Shown here: in pieces, positions 38,401-43,517 of the stretch
How positions within the stretch are numbered: position 1 is the stretch's first letter
Layout of the letters: the number at the start of each line of letters is the position of its first letter
Assembly: GCA_036309065.1 (NCBI GenBank)
Contig: JAXJUN010000028.1
Span: 17,410 to 81,409, forward strand
From: Paludibacteraceae bacterium
GTDB lineage: Bacteria > Bacteroidota > Bacteroidia > Bacteroidales > Paludibacteraceae
Reading direction: 5' to 3'
Length of the DNA stretch: 64,000 bases
Made by a program: the position numbers and the translations under genes
Notes under the pieces: model-generated
The model's input: only the letters and a program-made list of their open reading frames with translations
What the model was told of the DNA's origin: nothing
Databases searched by the model: none

Positions 38401-39549
38401 AGTTCAACCTCTACCCCAAATAACGATGTGGTTGCTGAAGCCAATATGGCAGATGACTTTACCTTCATGGTAGCAATATCTGAGGATGGTGGTAAGACAT
38501 GGAAATCCGAAAACGCAAAGGTATGGAATAATGCATTGCCAGCCGGACAACAATTGCGCGATATACCACACGATGCTGCAAACTACCAAATCGATCTCTC
38601 TGCATTTGAAGGCAAGAATATCAAGGTGGCATTCAATAAAGAAGCTACAACCTATCTGTCTGCTACATGTGCATTGCACCTTGGTAACATCCGTGTTGCA
38701 TACTACGATAAGATGGCGTTGGATACCACTGCTTGTCAATACCAAGATGTTGAGATGTATGACTTCTTTATCAATGGTGATGAAGTAGAGGCTGGCGTGC
38801 ACGAATTTGTACGAATCGATAGAAAGGGCGAATGGGATGCTACAGCAGGTATGTTAGATACAATCTATAATCTAACAGTCAACTATTACGAGGCTCCAGA
38901 AACCATCGTAGTAGATACCATCTGCGAAGGCGAAACATACACCTCTGTTGACTTTGACGGAAAGAGCAAACCAGGCGTTTATAGACGCAAGATGCAATCT
39001 ACACTCTACTGCGATAGTATCGTCACACTCCACCTCAGTGTTACACCTACATTGCGTGCAGAAGATCAAATCATTGCACTCTGCCCAGGTGAGACATATA
39101 CATGGAATAGTAAGGAATACAACCGCGCAGGTATCTACCGCGATACAACAATCTCATCACTTGGATGCGATAGTATTCAAACACTCGTGCTCTCATTCAA
39201 TGAGGCAGAGGATACCATCTATGCAGCATCTGAGGTAGATATCACCGAGTTACCATTCACTTACGAAAATGTACAATATCCATATGCAGCGGGTCAAGCA
39301 CCTATCTTCTACCCAATAGGTACAGCGAAGGGTGTTTATAACGACACCGTCCTTGTACAGGGTGTTAATTGTGTAGCTGTTCTCGTACATACACTCACCG
39401 TTACAGACCGCCACGAAGGCATTGAGGATGTGATGAATGAGTTGGGAGTAGGAGCGCGCAAGGTATTGTACCGAGATAATCTCTACATCATCTGCAATGA
39501 TGAGTGGTACACCGCAACGGGTCAGAAAGTAAACGATCCACGCAAATAA
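29428..39549 (+). CDS. giant (3373 aa) secreted modular surface protein: ~11 jelly-roll-like modules alternating with ~10 Fn3-like domains, then Cys-motif repeats
   Basis: Uninterrupted 10,122-nt ORF. Signal peptide MKKHLLILFVAMFAAAWSLNAQ. Recurrent module signatures ([IV]VG[VIT]MTDPxDxxTFxxxDT ... Y[IL]D[ND][VI]x[IL]) each followed by an Fn3-like segment (...W.G.A..Y.[VL]...YY.Y[VI]...C). Confidence 0.85.
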   Translation: MKKHLLILFVAMFAAAWSLNAQTIVINEGFENGIQDSVWTQEYVVGETPWAVEGVEDNLVFPADVWQGSKRAYLRNTTGVTQGFKTRLVSKVMDLSPNVIYQPEMTFWYANPKWTADRDTLRVLYKTGHNADWKQLAEYSTASATWQKVTLVLPEVNSTYQIAFEGTDNLGRGIVLDSIKLRSAPECTIPYDISVTNMGHGKVNIAWNASWDADAYELIVTKSSIDPDMVNDIPDSLDVVVLHEQVEGLRQNYDVQLTSGAYYYVYLRSLCFAENSAWNSEDPNQNGAFYFRVQETKYLPYVYGFNMEYDAGMLHRDAEWTWGTNTGGFCPFISTNLNATESVKYSNDGTTCLIFASGNVVTKAIPAGQYAYVATPALGDSTVADFKLGTCQVSFWATVHKYTGRKYAHSIIVGVMTDPEDVTTFVPVDTVSVWGTSTFQECIVDLAPYQGEGKYVAFASNFDKQNTFYIDNVRIEQKPAVNKVINITVNPRDTYADIAWEGNATSYNVLVTNAKVENPANVKAENIVAQMSVDGKAYRCEGLEPDHSWNRPYYVYVQAQGAAWSNPYPFVTIAGVQELPYTFDMEQKSGVYTIGEDASVLYPKNMGIFSNDPDYPHLYTSNYYSGASTLYLTKDPGNDSWITLPMVDGLANKQITFQLSANTTPSQGNATIGVMTNPMDINTFIPVSNFKVIASGYTGCYANFLNYEGPEGVIAIVWEDVEGLAKNTINYIDELTIDTLTACMPPVNLTVDAEVDTAIISWDKSPATEWELIFSKEPVSTTKREQSLDDIALIEGVIFADTITWLDTAKDPEVGFGDLDWKTAYYVYIRTLCGEDKTIWVESHFKTPCPDVFPFPYKEDFESYATSLKEVGCWQLADYNGTGYPMTYKPTSGAQSGVTLELWSTSTTHRSVAIMPPVEGNLSDMLLSFDSRSFSTTTASVLYVGSMGDIADSTTFVAFDTIYMDGGNSLRHNKYDLSQVNLAYNNIAFTSGLGGTLEKNSDMLIDNVTLRSNSCIDAYNIKIVELEPNLFGLEWDGKTEDGQWLISVFNEVDSIIIANDSLITGKALRMTGLTPQTTYVVRIAPTCDTTIYVEEIIETPCLDLNPNIPNKESFESVPSGTSYKAEYQMPCWTAKNANASATDTYKPHVYKSTTYASSGTNAYRLYSSSTYHPAYLASPKVDCDHLSELAITFNLYASTSYWCVYGVMSDPNDISTFVALDSVKGTGKTVQYVIDLSQYADSIPNEAKFVAWKTRTGKADLIYLDDISITKITCPLTKPSYSELTSESIRVSSGLRSNNEWILLVTTKDVSDSLAIPGYVVPDSILTFCDTLTARSKVVTGLQGETTYYVSTTTLCDGEANLQWASLSFLTPCKPITPEAMGTITFSEAEGYTSGSSASRYLPCWTVGNKSGNVTSVTSTYYPYVNTTASYLYNGNKYLNIYSYVASSNNSDGAYAIMPTLDLGTETINKYQVNFWARSNTGTSSNNQVIVGIVTDPSDLNTFTVVDTLTLNKQEYEPFTISFENYQGDYLGNKGRNIMFLCEFGVSTYAYIANISVEKIPSCRPAVEFTVDSIAGDAAVISWKGNADAYRVLVSDIILSDSLKQVYDYLQDTIVNTSDSVLITGLQSSTQYFVYVQSICGAADSSAISMAYAGFTTLCPANGFAVPYKQDFEKYATNAKVVDCWDFEDYATATKTYPQVMNPTTGAVSGKQLELWSSSTIHRSVAIMPKIQGNLADYVLSFDARSYSTSTKSVLYIGTMDDVLDSAAGFVPFDTLYMDGGNEFYHRDLVLADYASKLIHSRIAFSSGLAEELELASDMYLDNVKIGLPPSCYPPLLEAGNTTLNTAEVIITPFKEENTNWQLAIIPDSIYNKEGFKADEYLAGTEVRIVDADSTKFVVSDLQDGTKYWVYGRTICGGEDGNSAWTDFAINIRTQYRYKDSYFFGFEKSEGWDRSYKSTSDSYYLHPALNVGYNGGNATPTYSNYPYSMENSTSAIYAYGPADGSLGKGGMRWQSTTSIWGAYVVFPALEEAKNRSFEFKLRSGYLTLSTMLASTTADVKVEVGTIEKYKGYETYEALATISMKALNKEISGDASNDWLWESYTLDIDSQTIANKQMVLRMPEPEVSCYAYIDNVALTEAKGYSMVAIENVEFDYAKANVSWSNIGAPWNLYVTTKNGNKVDTVASYLNMTDVTSKEITGLVPQTDYQIVLESASAPKDTKFEIADTYEFTTFCAPIEPNAKGEFFWNFNDPTEWEQSDVIVGNGTVTDSAYFKPGCFFTGTTYTGTLTTSNVYYNWLIQRKGYGYTGAPTTKGTSATSSARYEYGRNDSPALRVYTTSSYMTPYIVLPELNCSFDTMMVEFYGRCFANYAEDYGTASSQNKMISATYLGASYSKSIVVGTLTDPYDFSTLEVIDTLTYLQSNLPATTKVNEDPAGLRYWEKMQLPLAGAKGKYIVLFQPAYGLFFLDDLSVKNVGDNLFAPSGAVTKEVKSTTATFSWRVKHPTLQSVIVVTDQYGSEEILRDTIVGTEYTVTGLNPATAYQWYMYQTNGTVNTSTTQRIDFYTECVPVGDDYTFGFELEEGWKLAPGQTNNSYKVPICWVSGNAGTSTWSSSYEGYNQANTSSYRYSHSGSYALRMEAYSTTHQPYMAMPAIADIAAYDTLQVNFWMRPAYSYAPEHASKPNQIYTQYTLGSTASTADYYYSKSIIVGTMTDPNDPTTFVAIDTIGYDGTLAVGDMATEANDYLYQKKKVSLRGATGPYVAFMTTLYAKGETRKATYDYMWLDDISFSTLQECSEPKNLEVTEVLSGSATLTWTGGETAEKYILQVSTDMDFYYDTAFVFNDTLTANSITITGLKQHTTYVWRVKSICGDDLGESDYTQNEIFTTARIPFFLEDFREAALESDWAYGTTKAALVLDSVGVEITGTNNATYGFKQITNSYGITGAHYAIPFYSSSTASDTSYDNYWLITPTIYLEPTKQAHLTWDMALTGSSTSTPNNDVVAEANMADDFTFMVAISEDGGKTWKSENAKVWNNALPAGQQLRDIPHDAANYQIDLSAFEGKNIKVAFNKEATTYLSATCALHLGNIRVAYYDKMALDTTACQYQDVEMYDFFINGDEVEAGVHEFVRIDRKGEWDATAGMLDTIYNLTVNYYEAPETIVVDTICEGETYTSVDFDGKSKPGVYRRKMQSTLYCDSIVTLHLSVTPTLRAEDQIIALCPGETYTWNSKEYNRAGIYRDTTISSLGCDSIQTLVLSFNEAEDTIYAASEVDITELPFTYENVQYPYAAGQAPIFYPIGTAKGVYNDTVLVQGVNCVAVLVHTLTVTDRHEGIEDVMNELGVGARKVLYRDNLYIICNDEWYTATGQKVNDPRK

Positions 39550-39569
39550 GTACTCATCCTATAATAACG

Positions 39570-39612
39570 AATCAAAGGGGCTGCCATTGGTAGCCCTTTT
39601 GATTTATCTAAT
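39570..39612 (+). terminator. intrinsic terminator of the giant gene
   Basis: 16-bp stem AATCAAAGGGGCTGCC / GGTAGCCCTTTTGATT with a 3-nt loop. Both non-Watson-Crick positions are G.U on the plus-strand RNA only. T-rich 3' side. Confidence 0.65.
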
Positions 39613-39708
39613 AGCCGTAAGGCGGTCTAATACTAAAACGGTCTAACCTCTAATAGCGCAGCGATCTAAAATTGTACTCTGTACTCATTACTCACTACTC
39701 ACTACTTG
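39605..39708. repeat. TCTAA-containing degenerate repeats plus 5 x 7-nt array (GTACTCT GTACTCA TTACTCA CTACTCA CTACTTG)
   Basis: TCTAA occurs 5 times between 39607 and 39670. The 7-mer array lies at 39674..39708. A related 7-mer array (TCACTAC TCTATAC TCATTAC) lies at 28432..28452. Confidence 0.8.
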
Positions 39709-39755
39709 TAAATGATTTTATCTGTGTTTATGGCTGACGATTGAGAGTTCGTAAT

Positions 39756-40127
39756 TGTTTTTGAAGCGTAGCGCTTTTTTGTGAGCGTAAGCGAGTTTTT
39801 GTGAGAACCCGTGAATATGTTTTTTATATTTTTGCTGACGCAAAGGCATTTACATCCTGCGGATGTGGAGAACCGTCCTAACGGACTAACGATAAATATA
39901 TTTAATAGTCAATATTCCTATCGGGAGGACTGCTAGTGCAAGCGATAGTCCGACCGAAGAGCGAAGGCAATGGTTGCACCTACGATTTAGCAGAGCGGTA
40001 TCGTCTTATGCAATCCATTTGCCGCACGCGAGAGCTATTATGCCTTTGAGGCAGTATTTTTATTATTTTTTTCAAAATCAAAACACATTATGGGTTCGTC
40101 GTTTTTGATTACCTAATAAAAAATGTT
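39756..40127 (+). repeat. copy C of the intergenic repeat (long-insert version)
   Basis: Same 5' module (TGTTTTTGAAGCGTAGCGCTTTTTTGTGAGCGTAAGCGAGTTTTTGTGAGAACCC) and 3' module (GGGTTCGTCGTTTTTGATTACCTAATAAAAAATGTT) as copy A. They enclose 281 nt, compared with 111 nt in copy A. Confidence 0.8.
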
Positions 40128-40273
40128 ACTTCGATAATTACGAATTATCAAACGGCAGTGTTTATCTTGGTTTTTTTTATTAGGACATTACTGTTTTTGA
40201 TTATTAAACATGTCAAAAACAACAAAAAAATACAATTCTTGTACTATAATTTGCATATCTGCCGATTTTTTTG

Positions 40274-40281
40274 TAACTTTG
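40274..40281 (+). promoter_or_regulatory. -7 promoter box TAACTTTG upstream of the four-gene surface operon
   Basis: TTTTTTTGTAACTTTGCCGCCCGAATT, 36 nt before GTG 40317. The core resembles the giant-gene promoter. Confidence 0.55.
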
Positions 40282-40316
40282 CCGCCCGAATTTAGGAATA
40301 TAGTATTATATAGCCC

Positions 40317-41282
40317 GTGAAAAAGTTTATTCTAATAGCATATATATTGCTCATCAGCATTGGTGTGAATGCGCAGGCGCGCATTTCGTCAGAGACTACC
40401 CATGGTTTCTTCATGAGTGGCGATTTGGGGTATTCAGCACTGCTGCATAATATTCAGGGATATCCAGCTTCAGCAGGCCTTAACACCAATATAGGTATGG
40501 GCTATCGCTTATTCCATGATAATTTCTTGTTCTCTACGGGAGTAGAGGCTGCTTATCAATTCAATGCGAATCAGTTGGATAATATGGATTTGAAGATGCC
40601 TATGCGTGATACGGAGGGGCAGCTTTTTCAAATGCATGTGCTTGTCAATGAGTCGCAGGACTTTACCCATATGGTGAATCTTAATCTTCCTATCCTCTTT
40701 GGTGGAGAGTGGGGCAAGGTCTATTTCTTGGTGGGGCCTAAGATTTCGCTCAATCTCTATGGAGCTGCTTCTTCATCTGCTGTTTATACCACCTATGGAG
40801 AGTACGATGAGTATTACGACGATTTCTATGATATGCCTAATCACCAATTCGAGAGCAATCGCAAGATGAGTAGCGGTACGCTGCCTATGGATTGGAATAT
40901 GAATATCATGGCGCACCTGGAGATAGGTAGCAGAGTGGGGCATTACTATAAATACAAAATATTCAGAATAAATCCAGATAAGGTACATATGTATCTGGCT
41001 GCTTATGTGGATTTTGGAGTGCTCAATATCCATTCGAATAAGGCAGGTGAGCCTATCTTTGATTACAAGGAAACGGCGGATCAAGGAGTGCAATTCTATA
41101 TCCAACCATTGTTGATTAGTAGTGCGTCAAATAATGCAGTGATACGAAATTTAAATATAGGAATTAAATATACAATATGCTTCCCGATGAAGCCATCTGG
41201 CAAATCATTCATATATGATTGGTGGAAGGCTGGTCGCGGTTATCGCAAGTCGGGTGGTAATCAAGCATTCAAATACCAATAA
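40317..41282 (+). CDS. outer-membrane beta-barrel protein (GTG start)
   Basis: A GTG start is required to include the signal peptide (M)KKFILIAYILLISIGVNAQA. Beta-strand pattern with aromatic C-terminus. Homologous to the barrel part of the next ORF. Confidence 0.65.
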   Translation: MKKFILIAYILLISIGVNAQARISSETTHGFFMSGDLGYSALLHNIQGYPASAGLNTNIGMGYRLFHDNFLFSTGVEAAYQFNANQLDNMDLKMPMRDTEGQLFQMHVLVNESQDFTHMVNLNLPILFGGEWGKVYFLVGPKISLNLYGAASSSAVYTTYGEYDEYYDDFYDMPNHQFESNRKMSSGTLPMDWNMNIMAHLEIGSRVGHYYKYKIFRINPDKVHMYLAAYVDFGVLNIHSNKAGEPIFDYKETADQGVQFYIQPLLISSASNNAVIRNLNIGIKYTICFPMKPSGKSFIYDWWKAGRGYRKSGGNQAFKYQ

Positions 41283-41288
41283 CCCTTT

Positions 41289-43493
41289 ATGAAAAGAATT
41301 ATTTACATTCTTCTCCTTGCCATTGGAATGGTGACGATGGCCCCTGTAGCCACTTTAGTGGAGGATAGTGCTGTGTCCGCAATGTATGCGCAGCAAGACG
41401 CGAGAGCAAAAGCACGAGCAAAGGCGCAGAAGGAGCGTGAAAAAGCAAAAGCGAAGCGAGCTAAAGAGCAAGCTAAAGCAAAAGCTAAAAAGGCCAAAGA
41501 GCAAGCCAAAAAGAAAAAAGCACAAGCCAAAGCTAAGGCTAAAAAGGATAAACAGCGTGCTATGGCGCAGCAGCAGAAATCAAAAGCAGCAGCTGCTAAA
41601 GCTACCACCACACGCACCTCTTCTTCTGCACCTGCTATGACTGCAGCAGAGGAGAAGGCTATCTATATGGAGCAAGTAGCAGGAATAGAGAAAGCGAATG
41701 CCAAAGCAGAAGCATACAACACCCGCGATATAGCACATCGCCTCGGTTTTTGGGGACAAGTGGGATATAGCAATCTCTTTACATCTGGTATAGCCTACGA
41801 TGAGGCAGCTGGAAAAGGATTCCAAAATATAGATAAAGGATTTGTAGGCGGAGGACTTGGTCTGGGATATCAATTGCGCTACAAGCAAATGTTGATGACC
41901 ATCGGTGCAGAGTTCCAAATGTATAATTCGTATATGGGAATTGCCAACAACGAGAATGGTACGCTTAATCTATCATATGGTATGAATCCTTATGCAGATA
42001 AGATGATTTATTCCTACCACTTCGCCCCAATGAATGATAAACTCATCGGCGGATTTGTGCAATTGCCTATCCTATTCGGTATGGAATTGAAGAATAGCCC
42101 TCTCTTCTGGCAAGCCGGTGTGAAAGTGGGAATGGGATTGCTTGGTAAATCCACTATCGCAGGTACATACTCTACCTCTATTGCTGATAAAGAACTAATT
42201 GATGACTTGGAGAATATGTACACCCATACATTGGTAACAGACCAAGCGTTGGAGCGTTCGGCCACAAGTGTTAAATTTGGTCTCAATGTGGCGGCTACAG
42301 CAGAGATAGGTGTCAATCTTGACCAATGGGTGAAATCAGCAGCGAAAATGAGATTGTCACTCTTTGCGGACTATGGTTTCCTCAATGTGCTCAAATACGA
42401 AAAGGCACAGGGAGCACAAGATATTCCTGCACAAATGCTGGTGGCGAATAATCCATTGGACTTCCCCACTAACTCCGCCCTCGCTACTACATCTGCGGCA
42501 GATGCAAAGGTTAATCCATTCATCGTGGGGGCTAAATTAGCCGTTTGGTTTGATCTACCTCGAAAGCAGAAAGAAATGCAAGACTTGCCAAAGGCACCAA
42601 CACCACGCATGGGTGTGCTTCTCTACAACGAGCAAGACCAAGCACCTCTCGGTGGTGTGGCTGTTGAGATTGTTAATCAAGAAACGGGAAAGACTATCAG
42701 CAAAAATACCAATCGTAAGGGACTCTTACAAGGACGATTCCCAGCGGGTCAATATCGTATTACGGCTACCAAGAATGGATACTACCCATCTGATACCGTT
42801 CTCCAAAGCGTAGAGTTATTTACTTTCGATACACTCAAGCTCGCGCTCAAGCGCATACCAGAACCAATCATCTATACACTCTGTATGAATGTGTATGATG
42901 CAGAAACCAAGGAACCTGTTGAGGCAATGGCGCGTATGACCGCACTCACCGACTCAGTAGTGCTCTATGAAGCACAAGCGGCTGACGACGGATTTATCGA
43001 GACACCACTCCGTGAGGGTAATTATATTGCCCACATGACAGCACAGGGGTATATGCCTAAGGATGATGCTATCCACTTTGTGCAAGACACTACCGATATC
43101 TACATGACACGCATCAAGGAGGGTATCAAGGTGAAGATTGAAAACCTCTTCTTCGCTACCAATAAGACCCATATCTTGCCTCAGTCAGAGCAAGCCATGG
43201 CTGACCTCGCACAATTCCTCTTGGAGAACGCAGGTGTCACCATCCATATCGTGGGTCACACCGATAATGTGGGTTCTAATTACGATAACCAAATACTATC
43301 AGAAGGCCGTGCTAATGCCGTGCGTGCCGACCTTATTCAACGCGGTATAGATGCATCACGCATCACGGCAGAGGGTAAGGGCGAGACAGAACCAGTAGCA
43401 GATAATGACACCGATGAGGGACGCCAGCTCAACCGCCGCGTAGAGTTCACCATCACAGCTACAGGTGGTAAGGACATTGAGCAAGTCTTCTAA
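41289..43493 (+). CDS. OmpA-family protein: signal peptide, K/A-rich region, beta-barrel-like region, two CarboxypepD_reg-like domains, OmpA C-terminal peptidoglycan-binding domain
   Basis: OmpA_C motifs (IHIVGHTDNVGSNYDNQILSEGRANAVRADL...NRRVEFTI). Carboxypeptidase-regulatory-like segments (GVAVEIVNQETGKTISKNTNRKGLLQGRFPAGQYRITATKNGYYP). Starts 6 nt after the previous stop. Confidence 0.85.
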   Translation: MKRIIYILLLAIGMVTMAPVATLVEDSAVSAMYAQQDARAKARAKAQKEREKAKAKRAKEQAKAKAKKAKEQAKKKKAQAKAKAKKDKQRAMAQQQKSKAAAAKATTTRTSSSAPAMTAAEEKAIYMEQVAGIEKANAKAEAYNTRDIAHRLGFWGQVGYSNLFTSGIAYDEAAGKGFQNIDKGFVGGGLGLGYQLRYKQMLMTIGAEFQMYNSYMGIANNENGTLNLSYGMNPYADKMIYSYHFAPMNDKLIGGFVQLPILFGMELKNSPLFWQAGVKVGMGLLGKSTIAGTYSTSIADKELIDDLENMYTHTLVTDQALERSATSVKFGLNVAATAEIGVNLDQWVKSAAKMRLSLFADYGFLNVLKYEKAQGAQDIPAQMLVANNPLDFPTNSALATTSAADAKVNPFIVGAKLAVWFDLPRKQKEMQDLPKAPTPRMGVLLYNEQDQAPLGGVAVEIVNQETGKTISKNTNRKGLLQGRFPAGQYRITATKNGYYPSDTVLQSVELFTFDTLKLALKRIPEPIIYTLCMNVYDAETKEPVEAMARMTALTDSVVLYEAQAADDGFIETPLREGNYIAHMTAQGYMPKDDAIHFVQDTTDIYMTRIKEGIKVKIENLFFATNKTHILPQSEQAMADLAQFLLENAGVTIHIVGHTDNVGSNYDNQILSEGRANAVRADLIQRGIDASRITAEGKGETEPVADNDTDEGRQLNRRVEFTITATGGKDIEQVF

Positions 43494-43517
43494 TTAAAGA
43501 AAGAATACTATAACAGA

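Noticed and set aside
40210-40320. 36-codon upstream ORF (MSKTTKKYNSCTIICISADFFVTLPPEFRNIVLYSP) ending in a GTGA overlap with the barrel gene start
   Set aside because: The candidate -7 box (40274..40281) lies inside it, so it would not be on the mRNA. It is also AT-rich low-complexity sequence.
41303-41640. ORFs 41303..41617 (-) and 41368..41640 (+) rich in A/C/F/L or K/R/S
   Set aside because: They are alternative-frame and antisense readings of the K/A-rich low-complexity coding tract of the OmpA-family gene.
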